Shown here: positions 45,573-54,975 of the stretch, piece after piece | Numbering within the stretch: position 1 is the first letter of the stretch | Layout: each line of letters begins with the position of its first letter | Assembly: GCA_050014195.1 (NCBI GenBank) | Contig: JBEKDT010000004.1 | Location: forward strand, 96,001 to 160,000 | Reading direction: 5' to 3' | DNA length: 64,000 bases | Source: Desulfomonilia bacterium | Lineage (GTDB): Bacteria > Desulfobacterota > Desulfomonilia > UBA1062 | Notes under the pieces: generated by a model | What the model was told of the DNA's origin: nothing | What the model saw: only the letters and a program-made list of their open reading frames with translations | The model's database searches: none | Position numbers and translations under genes: made by a program

Positions 45573-47741
45573 ATGAAGAGGATATGGTTAATTGTATTCT
45601 GTGGGGTCAGTCTTCTCAACCTTGTTGTAATGCATATGGACTGCTTTTGTTACAATGTGAATGATCATGGGGAAATGTGTAATTTTGTATCAGATAACAC
45701 TGTTGATGGTTTTTCTTTTGACCAATACCTGAAACACAATCTCGGTTTTGACCTCGGCAAGGATCAGTATTTCACTGAAGCCCCGATCATGGCACTATTC
45801 TGGTTCGGCATCTTTGCAAAGGAACCGGTTAATGCAAAAGAGTGTCTTGCCCAGGGAGCGAGAGACGAAGACTCTCCAGTCATTCGTTGCAAAAACCATT
45901 TTCACGACCCCTCAATGACTTGGGATCTAGCTGGGTTAAATAGGGGTGAAGGCTTAGAGGGTGGTAAGTCATCGATACTCTGGGCACAGCTTGGGCAGGG
46001 AACACAGGATTATGGTGCGTATAGCTGGCATGATGCACGGCAATACTTTTACAAAGCGCTTACCACAACAGATCCTAATGAGAAAGGCATGAACCTTATG
46101 ATGACGTTTCAGGCAGTCGGTCACCTCATGCACCTGATTCAGGATGCCTCAGTGCCGGAACATGTGAGAGATAATTCTCATATCACAGGATATAATTACG
46201 AAAAATATGTGTCAGTATATTGCAATCCAAAATCTGATAAATACAATACCTTTCTGAATTGGCTAAACGATAATACAGGATACACCTTCAACGACTCTGC
46301 CTTCAATCTGCCGAGCAACAGCGAAGCCCCGATCCCCATTGCGCGGATCGTGGATACAGACAGATATGGCGGCACGAACCCCTCCATCACCATGGAGCAG
46401 CCCATCGGCATCTCGGAATATACAAATGCAAACTATTTCAGCAAGGACACGATCTTCACATTAGATAAATATCCTTTCCCCAATTGGGGAAGCGTGGATA
46501 CCGGTGCAGTGCTCATCCAGAACCCGAGGAATTCATCCGGAGAAATACACAGGCAATATCTTCTTAAAGTGCAGGACGGAGATTCAGGTTATCGCCTCTG
46601 CACGGCACCTCTGCTTGCCGGTCAGGTCCCTGACACGGCCGAGTATCTGGCCCCCATGCTGGATGACTCCGTATATGGAGACTATGCCGCGCGGCTGGTT
46701 CCCCGGGCCGTGTCTTATTCGGCCGGGCTGCTCAAGTATTTTTTCAGGGGTACCCTTGAGATCTCGCTGCCAGCGAGCGGTGTGTATGCATTCACTTCAA
46801 CTGAACCTGCAGACCCGAGGTCAAAGGGGTTCAACAAGGTGTCCCTGATGGTAAAAAACTCTTCGAGCTCAGGTGAGCCGATGAACGCAGGGGGGATCGA
46901 ACTGGTGGTCCAGTACCGGTTCCTGACGAACGACCAGAATGCCGATGACCCTCGTTCGGCGGCACTGGACCCCTTTGTCATGTACCCGGCATCGAACCTG
47001 CCTGCCCTCAGCAAACCCATATACCTTGTGAAGGCCTTGGATTCGAATAAAGATCATCGCATAACCACTGACCCGCAATTGCTTGAATTCAACCTCGATA
47101 ACGACGAGATCCCGCTCTGGGCAATAGATGTAAGACTGTATGTCGTGTACAAGGGCAAGCTCGGTACGACCGGCAGCGGGGGATATGAGGAAGATTCCGC
47201 GGTATGCGTAGGATACAAGAATATCAATGAACCTACTTCATTGGATATCATCAATGACACAGATACGGTCTGTAAAAATGATGAATGGTGTGAAGCATCC
47301 GATGTCGAGAATGTTAAACCCAAATATATTACGAGCTTCTATCTTCGATTCTCACCGGAAGCCCAACCCCAGGATGCATCCCCTGCAGAGGGAGAACATA
47401 TTTATGCGCTCAGCAATATTAACCCCGGGAAATACAAGAGAGTCTATCTGCTGAGCGATAATACGTACAGCGAGAGTGTCCATTATTCTTATCACTTTGC
47501 CGGAGAAAGCGATATGTATGAGGGTTCAAGCACCTATCAGAGGACAGCCATCAAGAATGGGATATATCGCGATGACATCAATGATACGGTGATAAGATAT
47601 TACCCCATATTCGATGATTTCAGAAATATTACTTATTGGAACATGTTCTACTTCCTCAATTTCGACATATGTACTTTGAGCTCATGCCCGGAAGGTTGTG
47701 ATAATGCCGATAATCCCTTTGATCTTGAATTGATGTTATAA
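45573..47741 (+). CDS. Exported protein with Zn-dependent phospholipase C / P1 nuclease-like N-terminal domain
   Basis: RBS AGGAGG, signal peptide; metal-ligand pattern H...ED...NHFHDP...GHLMHLIQDASVPEH...YE. Confidence 0.7.
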   Translation: MKRIWLIVFCGVSLLNLVVMHMDCFCYNVNDHGEMCNFVSDNTVDGFSFDQYLKHNLGFDLGKDQYFTEAPIMALFWFGIFAKEPVNAKECLAQGARDEDSPVIRCKNHFHDPSMTWDLAGLNRGEGLEGGKSSILWAQLGQGTQDYGAYSWHDARQYFYKALTTTDPNEKGMNLMMTFQAVGHLMHLIQDASVPEHVRDNSHITGYNYEKYVSVYCNPKSDKYNTFLNWLNDNTGYTFNDSAFNLPSNSEAPIPIARIVDTDRYGGTNPSITMEQPIGISEYTNANYFSKDTIFTLDKYPFPNWGSVDTGAVLIQNPRNSSGEIHRQYLLKVQDGDSGYRLCTAPLLAGQVPDTAEYLAPMLDDSVYGDYAARLVPRAVSYSAGLLKYFFRGTLEISLPASGVYAFTSTEPADPRSKGFNKVSLMVKNSSSSGEPMNAGGIELVVQYRFLTNDQNADDPRSAALDPFVMYPASNLPALSKPIYLVKALDSNKDHRITTDPQLLEFNLDNDEIPLWAIDVRLYVVYKGKLGTTGSGGYEEDSAVCVGYKNINEPTSLDIINDTDTVCKNDEWCEASDVENVKPKYITSFYLRFSPEAQPQDASPAEGEHIYALSNINPGKYKRVYLLSDNTYSESVHYSYHFAGESDMYEGSSTYQRTAIKNGIYRDDINDTVIRYYPIFDDFRNITYWNMFYFLNFDICTLSSCPEGCDNADNPFDLELML

Positions 47742-47803
47742 CTGCAGGTTGGCCTGAATAATCGATTCACCTATCACCGGGTGGCACGGGCAAAGGCGCA
47801 GGC

Positions 47804-47913
47804 CCGGTTGCTCTCAATGAGTCTCAGGCCTGACAACAGACACATCCCCACATGGAATGAAAAGTGGGGGTAGTATAACATGGATGGCTCGTTTCGTGGG
47901 TGAGGAAATGTGG
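47804..47913 (-). repeat. Duplicate of the recC promoter, leader and first ~11 codons
   Basis: Aligns to 38770-38880; first 38 nt identical, remainder diverged, RBS degenerate. Confidence 0.92.
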
Positions 47914-48018
47914 GAGATCATTCCAAAGTCGAGAATCCCATTTTCCTCTCCAAACCTCTGTTACTCACCTTGACACTGGTCACTGATGAAGGCATGATAT
48001 AATTATTGAGAGGTAAGT

Positions 48019-48228
48019 ATGAGAATATATACAGCGGTAATTGAAAAATGTAGCGATACAGGATTGTATGTCGGATACGTACCTGGTTTCGCCGGTGCCC
48101 ACTCTCAGGCTGAAAGTCTCGATGAGCTCAAGGACAATCTAAAGGAGGTCATCGAGATGTTGTTGGAAGAAGGAGAACCCGACCTTGAGGCCGAGTTTGT
48201 TGGAACCCAGACAATTCAAGTTGCCTGA
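48019..48228 (+). CDS. hicB: HicB-family antitoxin (short)
   Basis: YTAVIE..YVGYVPGFAGAHSQAESLDEL..NLKEVIEM. Confidence 0.9.
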   Translation: MRIYTAVIEKCSDTGLYVGYVPGFAGAHSQAESLDELKDNLKEVIEMLLEEGEPDLEAEFVGTQTIQVA

Positions 48229-48230
48229 TC

Positions 48231-48464
48231 ATGGTGAAGCCACCCATATTAAAACCCAAAGAGGTGGTGATTCTTCTTGAAAAAAAAGGTTTTACCGAAG
48301 TCCGCCAGAGAGGTTCACATAAACAATACCGCCACCCGGACGGCAGATACACAACTGTCCCCTTCCACCCCGGCCGTGATATTTCTCCTATACTGCTGAA
48401 ACAGATCGCCAAGGACATTGGGCTAACTGTCGAAGAATTGGTATCCTCCTCAGATTCGAAATAA
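48231..48464 (+). CDS. hicA: HicA-family mRNA interferase
   Basis: GF.EVRQRGSHKQYRH.DGR.TTVPFH. Confidence 0.92.
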   Translation: MVKPPILKPKEVVILLEKKGFTEVRQRGSHKQYRHPDGRYTTVPFHPGRDISPILLKQIAKDIGLTVEELVSSSDSK

Positions 48465-48491
48465 TTTCTCCTCACAGGGTCTTTCAGCAGT

Positions 48492-48516
48492 GAATTAGGT
48501 ATTGTGTCCCCGGAAT
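48492..48516 (-). repeat. 25-bp inverted repeat, left copy (partner 56493-56517)
   Basis: GAATTAGGTATTGTGTCCCCGGAAT; its reverse complement matches 56493-56517 at 24/25. Confidence 0.85.
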
Positions 48517-48739
48517 CGGCCCATTATGACTGTGGTTGACAGATATACAACATCCAGTTAATGTCATTAATATCATATTGAGATCAGATCTTATTTCAAC
48601 ATGTACTGGGGCTAATATAACCATTGTATATTGGGAAGAGAATTGAAAAATTCAATGATCACCTCAAAGAATTTATTATGATGAGGGTTTATCCCAAGAA
48701 GAATGTGTCCATAACATAAAATGTTGAGGAGGATGTGGT

Positions 48740-49378
48740 ATGAAGAAATTTGATCCATTTGATTTTCCAGAGGAACAGATACCAAAACATTCTAAGGTTG
48801 TTAATGTGGTATGTTTTTTTGATGTAGTTGAATTTACAAAAGAGACTACTAATAAAGATATGCAAAATATCATAAGGAAAATTGAAGAAGATATGTCGGA
48901 TTTACTTTATAATGGTTTTAACTGGAATGAAAAAGGAAGAGATAAGTACGACGAGCCTATTCACAATGATCTTATTCTAATCCCAACTGGCGATGGTTAC
49001 GGTATAGGATTCAACCCCGGCCTCGACGATAAAAGAATATTAGATACAATAACTAGTATATATAAGCAGTTGCTCGCGGATAATGGTTTGAAAATCCGGA
49101 TGGGTGTAGCTAAGGGGCCCAATGTAAGACATATAGACAAGAACGATGTTGTTAATCTCTTCGGATATGGTATAAATTTAGCGGCCAGAGTTATAAATGT
49201 GGCAAAACCAAATCAAATTCTTTTACACTCTGTTTATGCTGAAGAACTTGGCCAGGCTACAAAGATGTCTGATCTATGCAAGATTGAAAAGCCTATGCCT
49301 AGCAAACACGGAGAAAGCATTATCGTCTATAATTATTATAGAAGTGGCGAGTTTGGCATCCCACATCCCAAACAATAA
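48740..49378 (+). CDS. Stand-alone class III nucleotidyl (adenylate/guanylate-type) cyclase
   Basis: RBS GAGGAGG; metal-binding FFDVVEFT and TGDG, IRMGVAKG, GYGINLAARV, QILL, SKHG; visibly AT-rich. Confidence 0.85.
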   Translation: MKKFDPFDFPEEQIPKHSKVVNVVCFFDVVEFTKETTNKDMQNIIRKIEEDMSDLLYNGFNWNEKGRDKYDEPIHNDLILIPTGDGYGIGFNPGLDDKRILDTITSIYKQLLADNGLKIRMGVAKGPNVRHIDKNDVVNLFGYGINLAARVINVAKPNQILLHSVYAEELGQATKMSDLCKIEKPMPSKHGESIIVYNYYRSGEFGIPHPKQ

Positions 49379-49400
49379 TTAATAAATAACAATAAAAAAT

Positions 49401-50474
49401 ATGGAATACTATCTCTTTGTAACACATGCATGCAATATGAGATGCGCTTATTGCTCATCTCAAAGAGTATTATCTTCAAATAGCAATTCATTGTTAACCG
49501 ATGAAAAGGTAGATCAAGTTCTGGAATACATAAAAGAGAATCAAAATGGAGTTGAAGATACACTTGTTTTCTTTGGTGGTGAGCCATTATTAGAACATCA
49601 TTTGATCGAAGATATTATGAATAAGAGCAAAAACTTAAAACTAAAATATATGCTCTATTCTAATGGTTTATTAATTAACAAAGTTCCTCTTGCCCTTTTA
49701 AACTCACTCGACGCCATTTTTATATCTCTAGACGGAGATAAAACCGCGCATGATAAATATAGAGGGTTGGGAACATATGATAAGATAATTGATAACCTTA
49801 AGTACCTAAAAGCAAATGATGTTTCTTTTACAATTGGAAGGATCACTGTTGAAGAAGAGACAAATCTTTATGAATCTGTCACAAACATCTTACCACATGT
49901 CAATTCAGTATTTTGGCAAATCGTTAATAAACCAAATTTTACCAATCCAACCAAATTTATTAAAAATTATAAAGATGAACTAAATATTCTTTTTAAATAT
50001 TGGTTAGATAATTTTAGTAAAGGCAATTTAATTAATATAATCCCCTTCTTAGCCGTTGTTGATTATTTGGCATTTAACAACCGTAGGAGCCATTCATTTA
50101 GATGTGGGGCGGGTAGTAATTTTCAGGCAATTGATATTGATGGTAAAATATATTGGTGTGATGAGTATGTTGGTGATCCAGCTGGCGTAATAGGCAATAT
50201 TAAAAACCATAAAAATAACAATCATTACATATGCCACAGGGATATCTTTGAGAATTGCAAAACTTGTGATTTGGGGGATATTTGTTTGGGTAGATGTAGA
50301 AAATGTCTAACTGACTATAAAGCCGAGCACGTAGCAATGTATTGCGAGTTAACAAAGCATCTTATTAATTTAATTAAAGATAATTTAACAGAAGTTAATC
50401 AAATAATTACTAATTATAATTATAACAGCAATACTTTTTACAATATTACTCATTGCACGGAAGAAATTCCTTAA
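49401..50474 (+). CDS. Radical SAM/SPASM protein (resembles the AF0577/TIGR04084-type family)
   Basis: CNMRCAYC, FFGGEPLL, SNG, ISLDG; SPASM RCGAG..DG.IYWC..CKTC...ICLGRC...YC; ends EEIP; very AT-rich. Confidence 0.85.
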   Translation: MEYYLFVTHACNMRCAYCSSQRVLSSNSNSLLTDEKVDQVLEYIKENQNGVEDTLVFFGGEPLLEHHLIEDIMNKSKNLKLKYMLYSNGLLINKVPLALLNSLDAIFISLDGDKTAHDKYRGLGTYDKIIDNLKYLKANDVSFTIGRITVEEETNLYESVTNILPHVNSVFWQIVNKPNFTNPTKFIKNYKDELNILFKYWLDNFSKGNLINIIPFLAVVDYLAFNNRRSHSFRCGAGSNFQAIDIDGKIYWCDEYVGDPAGVIGNIKNHKNNNHYICHRDIFENCKTCDLGDICLGRCRKCLTDYKAEHVAMYCELTKHLINLIKDNLTEVNQIITNYNYNSNTFYNITHCTEEIP

Positions 50475-50538
50475 TCTTTTAAATCGCTTATAGTCCCTAT
50501 AAGCCTACACCCTAAACCCACCGTTTATCTCATCCGCG

Positions 50539-50602
50539 AAAAAGATGGGGTCAGAGTCCATTTTCTTCTTTAGAAAAATAAATCGTTTCTGACCCTATTT
50601 TT
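50539..50602. repeat. GGGGTCAGA...TCTGACCC palindromic element
   Basis: AAAAGATGGGGTCAGAGTCCAT...AATCGTTTCTGACCCTATTTTT; related copies at ~57256-57282 and ~60612-60660. Confidence 0.7.
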
Positions 50603-50725
50603 CCGGCTCTGCACTACAATGACCTCGGGGGTGAGCGGCGAGGAGAGCTGCTCGGACAAGGACGCAGCAAGTGCCTGTGAAAGTACCTCGAGCCGGTTGC
50701 TCTCAATGAGTCTCAGGCCTGGCAA
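50570..50725 (-). pseudogene. recC: Truncated second recC allele (41 recC codons plus run-off into a repeat)
   Basis: 50604-50749 aligns ungapped to 38681-38826 with 12 mismatches in 146 nt; reads (L/M)PGLRLIESNRLEVLSQALAASLSEQLSSPLTPEVIVVQSR then KNRVRNDLFF-stop. Confidence 0.92.
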
Positions 50726-50746
50726 CAGACGCCTCCGTGCATGGAA

Positions 50747-51625
50747 TTACTTTTGCCAGAACCTTTTTATGATTATCTGCCGGGCATAATCTGCAGATTT
50801 TGGTTTGGCAGGGAACAGGCCCAAGACATTTGTTGGGACACCCTCAGGAAATCTATTAAGAATACAAGCGCCACTGGTACCACACCTCTCAAGCACATTT
50901 GTCCAGACACCCTTGGGTGACATTCGCAATGGTTCAACCCATTTTAATGAAGCGCTTTGCCAATTACTCTTGAACTGGGGATCCCATAAATTATTGTCTT
51001 CGAATAACAATTGTCCAGTCTTGGGATTCACAAATGCAAACTTCGAAGTACCATGTGTTGATGAGTGATAAACCCCGAGAACCGCAACTACACAAATGTT
51101 GTTGTTAGTAAAACTTAAATCACTGAGGATCTTATAAGCATATATCTGGTAGTCGAAAAGCTCCTCAGGTTTACCTGTAAGTAAGGAGAACTCATTTCGA
51201 TTAGTACCCTTAAATGACAATTCGAAAATAAATGGTTGATTAGGATCTTTGGTTAGGATGTCTAGTGATACAACCCCTTTACCTATTTCAATACCATTTG
51301 TCTGAATCAAGATAGGGACTTTGTATGGCTGATATGCTTCACTTAAACCGTTTAGAACATCAATTAAGCTCGACCACTGGAGTGTAGGTTCACCGCCAGT
51401 GAAACGGATGAAAGCCTTACCTTTGTCGTATAGAATACTTCGTGTCCCATCTATTATTTCTTTTGAAGATAATACATGCGAAGGATCATCTGTCTCCATT
51501 GGCCTAGATGCTGGACTCCAGCAAAAGTGGCAACTGAGATTACATCCCGAAAAATCCCACCGGATTTCCTGATACTCTCCATAGAAGAAACTTCCGGGTG
51601 AGTACTTCTTTCTTATCCTGAGCAT
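50747..51625 (-). CDS. Radical SAM protein (COG5014-like), function unknown
   Basis: FFYG...GCNLSCHFCWS, RFTGGEPTL, IQTNG, LSFKGT..EF..LTG; no SPASM domain. Confidence 0.82.
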   Translation of the reverse strand: MLRIRKKYSPGSFFYGEYQEIRWDFSGCNLSCHFCWSPASRPMETDDPSHVLSSKEIIDGTRSILYDKGKAFIRFTGGEPTLQWSSLIDVLNGLSEAYQPYKVPILIQTNGIEIGKGVVSLDILTKDPNQPFIFELSFKGTNRNEFSLLTGKPEELFDYQIYAYKILSDLSFTNNNICVVAVLGVYHSSTHGTSKFAFVNPKTGQLLFEDNNLWDPQFKSNWQSASLKWVEPLRMSPKGVWTNVLERCGTSGACILNRFPEGVPTNVLGLFPAKPKSADYARQIIIKRFWQK

Positions 51626-51736
51626 CCTTTGGATACCTCTTTTTAAAAAGTACTTTATTGTATGGTTAAGGTCTCATTTACTATTTCAGTAGATTCTCTT
51701 TGGCAAAGGTTTGTAAAATTTTTTGGCTAGGAAAAT

Positions 51737-53029
51737 CTAAACTGATACCAACTTGTTTGCTAGAGCAACTGGAATAAGAGAGTTATCATACATGTTACAC
51801 CTGAGTTCAGCGATTAGAGAGAGGATCTCCTCCAAGTGTGGTATGTCTGCTGATCTTGGTTCTGCAAGATAAGAGGTTGCAGGAACAGTTAAAACGTGCA
51901 TTTCTCCACCAGAAGCTCGGTAAAATATTTTCTGGCCGTAATAGGTGTTCTGGCCATAAGATACCCCAGCTTCACCCGGTATGATATACTTACGAATATA
52001 TGAGTCTCCAACTATGAAATATGATCCCTGTTCCATACAATCCTGGATAGCTGCTGCATGCTCGACGAATGCGCCGCTCTTTTCAAGACCTGCTAAACGA
52101 ACTGTTGGACCAGTAGGTCCTCCAGGCTGGCTTAGCAAGTGTGAAATAAGCTCTCTCATAGGTTTGTAAAGGGGCGCCACTAGACCGAAAAAGGCGAGAG
52201 GACCATCTTTGATGAAGAGTATGTTTCGCATTAGGCTTGGCTTGAGGTGTTCAAGAATGTCATGGAATAGATGTACTAAGATGAGCTGCTCAAGCATTGT
52301 CATTAAATAAGAAATTATTCCACCTGCTCCGAGTTCTTCGTCAATGCGCTCATGTAATCTAAAAGTGTCTGTCAGGTATATTGGTTGATTGCATCCAGGG
52401 CATTTTTTATTAGTTGGATCACCATACTTAAAAGTAATATTGTCATGACCACAATTGTATGGGCAGTGAGCTATTGTTTCTTCATAGTTATTGTCTTGTT
52501 TACGCATCCAGCGACGGAAGAGAAACCATTGAAGACTGTCGATAAGCTTTTCACCTTCACCATGTTCCTTAATAAAAAAATCATATATGGTTCGCCGGAT
52601 TGTTGCAGACAGGGACGTTTGATCTTTATGACGAATACCCTTTGTTGGTATAACAAGTGAGTAGCGCTCTATCTTCTTTAGCCGTGCTAGATCTTCTGGG
52701 GCAATAAACCTTTTGCAATCAAGGGATCGTAGGTCTGAAAGCTCAAATAGTAATGGACCGAATGTAAAGAATGTAATCGAAGCTGAAGGATACTCTTCAC
52801 GCACAAAGGTTTCAGTAAAACCACCATCAATTGCAATTACTGCTGAGACTTCAGAAGTATCTACATTGTCAAGAATGGTCAGATAAGGCTCTAAAAACAG
52901 AGAGTCAGGTGCTGAAGGAATGATGCATTGATCAATATAAGCCTGAACATTAGGATTCTTGATTATTTCAACATGAGCGATCTTACTTGCTCGTTCAATT
53001 GGTTTACGGCCCTTTGATGAATATCCCAC
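51737..53029 (-). CDS. nurA: NurA-family nuclease (probable 1-nt frameshift at the extreme C-terminus)
   Basis: IAIDGG, TDTFRLHE, FIKDGPLAFFG, GLEKSGAFVEH, TYYG.K, LIPVALANKLVS; 2 nt downstream of the herA stop. Confidence 0.85.
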   Translation of the reverse strand: MGYSSKGRKPIERASKIAHVEIIKNPNVQAYIDQCIIPSAPDSLFLEPYLTILDNVDTSEVSAVIAIDGGFTETFVREEYPSASITFFTFGPLLFELSDLRSLDCKRFIAPEDLARLKKIERYSLVIPTKGIRHKDQTSLSATIRRTIYDFFIKEHGEGEKLIDSLQWFLFRRWMRKQDNNYEETIAHCPYNCGHDNITFKYGDPTNKKCPGCNQPIYLTDTFRLHERIDEELGAGGIISYLMTMLEQLILVHLFHDILEHLKPSLMRNILFIKDGPLAFFGLVAPLYKPMRELISHLLSQPGGPTGPTVRLAGLEKSGAFVEHAAAIQDCMEQGSYFIVGDSYIRKYIIPGEAGVSYGQNTYYGQKIFYRASGGEMHVLTVPATSYLAEPRSADIPHLEEILSLIAELRCNMYDNSLIPVALANKLVSV

Positions 53030-53031
53030 CT

Positions 53032-54960
53032 TTATTGCCCCTTCAACACTGTGAATCGATCAATTTGAACAGGTACAATGAAGGCATTGGAATATGTCTT
53101 CATACGAATAAAGCCTTTGTCTGTTGTTCTTCGTAAGCTATCAACAAAGTCTTCATAATCGTAATACTTGGCTATCTCTCTTAATTCATCTCTGTTGTTT
53201 AGGTGTGAGACAAACCAGTTCTGGGTGTTCTTTAGCACGTTGGCCGAAATAGAACTTACCTCTTGCGTTGCATAGATCAATCCCAACCTGAGTTTAGCAC
53301 CTTCCTTTGCAATCCTGTTGTATATCAATGTTAAGTCAGCCTCATTCTTTTTAGGAAACAGGTTATGTGCTTCTTCGAAGTACATCTGAATGAAGTTAGC
53401 TGGTTCGTTGTTGATGAATCTTTTCATAGCATCACTGAAGATAGCTCCACATAGGCGATCAGAATACGTTCTCTGAATTTTAGGATCACCTTGCGACAGA
53501 TCAATAATTACAACCTTCCCTTCACGTAATAAATCAACTACCTCCTCTTCATAAGACTTCTGGAGTGTTGAGGTGTGAAGGTTGCGGATAGGTATTAGTT
53601 TTCGAAATCCAGCCTCACTTGCTTGATGTCCAGGAGAAGGTTTTCTTGTAAGGAACCTCATCAAGCTCTGCAAGTCATCATCAGCCCATTCGTGATTGTG
53701 ACTCGTTCGATAATTGCTGAAATATTGGTCGGTATTGTAATTATCCCAAACCCAGGTAAACCAACGTATAGTCTCGTCAACAGTAAGACCATCTTTCGGA
53801 TTCAATCCAACAGCATTGTTGATATGCTCCGTTCCAACAAATTTAATCTTATGTTTTTGAGGAATAGTGAAACCAGCATTGCCAAGTATAGCTTGGTAGC
53901 AGGCTTTACGCCTTCCATACCTTGTTGTTGCACTTACATCCTGTGAATCAGGTTCCTCCCAATTAACATTCAGGAAGGCTTGGGTATAAATTGCCCTGTC
54001 ATCTTGTAGGTTGGCCCTGATCATCTCAAAGCCTTCAAGAAGCTGCTTATAGAAATTGAGCTTCATTACTTTAAAGCCTGGTTTCTCGAGTATGCTGTAT
54101 CTAGTTACATCATCTTTGTAGAGGTTATAAATGGCGGTACCTTCATCTTGCTGATTGTCATTTGCGTACTCACCATTAACATCAAAGATGATCTGACCTA
54201 TCGGCCCAACTGTTTCTGTATCTAACATTTTCTCTAATGTAGTGATTTCAGCTGTGGCCTTGATTACCATCTTCACTGTATTGGATTTACCAGTACGTGT
54301 CATTCCAAATAGAGCTGTTCGTTTTCCTAGGTAGTCAAGTGCAGAAACATAAACTGGCACTGATGGTCCCTGGGTATGACGCTGACTAGATGCATATCGT
54401 ACCTCACCAATCCTCTGATCACCTGGTCCGCCTGGTAAACCAGCACCTTCTCTGAAGTTTACAATATATTCAAGCACTTTCCCAACTGGCTTATAGATCG
54501 AGTAGTTATTCGGACCATAAAAATTATCTACATCTGCACCAAAGCATGTCTTGCCGTCAGATATACGGTAGAAAGATCCTAGAACACGACATTCAAGGCC
54601 TGAAAACTGGAACTCATACCTAGTGTAGCTATCAAGTTGATTAATCGAAGATTCACTCTCTGCACGTTCTTTGTAGTGATCGACCATGGCAGCTACAACA
54701 TCTGAGTCAGAAGGAAGTGTTGTTGGGCCTAATACACGTAGAAGAATCAGTTCAGGATTCTCCTTATCATTATCAAATATGGCTGTGAGAAAAGAACCTG
54801 CCGGAATACCCCCAATCTTCTCTTTCCAATAATCATTTGATAGCACCTTCATTGTGTTAAAGTCGAAGTAAAAGGGGCGGCCAACAAAAGCCTCAGGCTT
54901 GGCTACATCATTGAATAAATCAACAGTTGCAAGCTCCTTTAGTCTTTCCTGAAGTGACAT
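53032..54960 (-). CDS. herA: HerA/DUF87 family ATPase-translocase
   Basis: Walker A FGMTRTGKSN, IFDVNGEY, Walker B FEEAHNLF, RIAKEGAK, YATQE; N-terminal HAS-barrel-like region. Confidence 0.9.
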   Translation of the reverse strand: MSLQERLKELATVDLFNDVAKPEAFVGRPFYFDFNTMKVLSNDYWKEKIGGIPAGSFLTAIFDNDKENPELILLRVLGPTTLPSDSDVVAAMVDHYKERAESESSINQLDSYTRYEFQFSGLECRVLGSFYRISDGKTCFGADVDNFYGPNNYSIYKPVGKVLEYIVNFREGAGLPGGPGDQRIGEVRYASSQRHTQGPSVPVYVSALDYLGKRTALFGMTRTGKSNTVKMVIKATAEITTLEKMLDTETVGPIGQIIFDVNGEYANDNQQDEGTAIYNLYKDDVTRYSILEKPGFKVMKLNFYKQLLEGFEMIRANLQDDRAIYTQAFLNVNWEEPDSQDVSATTRYGRRKACYQAILGNAGFTIPQKHKIKFVGTEHINNAVGLNPKDGLTVDETIRWFTWVWDNYNTDQYFSNYRTSHNHEWADDDLQSLMRFLTRKPSPGHQASEAGFRKLIPIRNLHTSTLQKSYEEEVVDLLREGKVVIIDLSQGDPKIQRTYSDRLCGAIFSDAMKRFINNEPANFIQMYFEEAHNLFPKKNEADLTLIYNRIAKEGAKLRLGLIYATQEVSSISANVLKNTQNWFVSHLNNRDELREIAKYYDYEDFVDSLRRTTDKGFIRMKTYSNAFIVPVQIDRFTVLKGQ

Positions 54961-54975
54961 ATACTTTCATACCTC

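Noticed and set aside
48517-48739. RiPP precursor peptide for the SPASM enzyme
   Set aside because: Only short broken frames without a clear RBS/start; cannot be supported.
48740-49378. Calling the cyclase a canonical Pycsar or CBASS system
   Set aside because: No TM/TIR effector adjacent; it is class III rather than a CD-NTase; base specificity cannot be read by eye.
38681-50749. recC duplicates as a diversity-generating retroelement TR/VR pair
   Set aside because: Mismatches are not adenine-specific, are mostly synonymous, and no reverse transcriptase is present.
50747-51625. Calling the radical SAM protein a viperin or QueE
   Set aside because: Only generic CxxxCxxC/GGEP motifs are shared; no viperin-type N-terminal motif and no que/dpd genes nearby.
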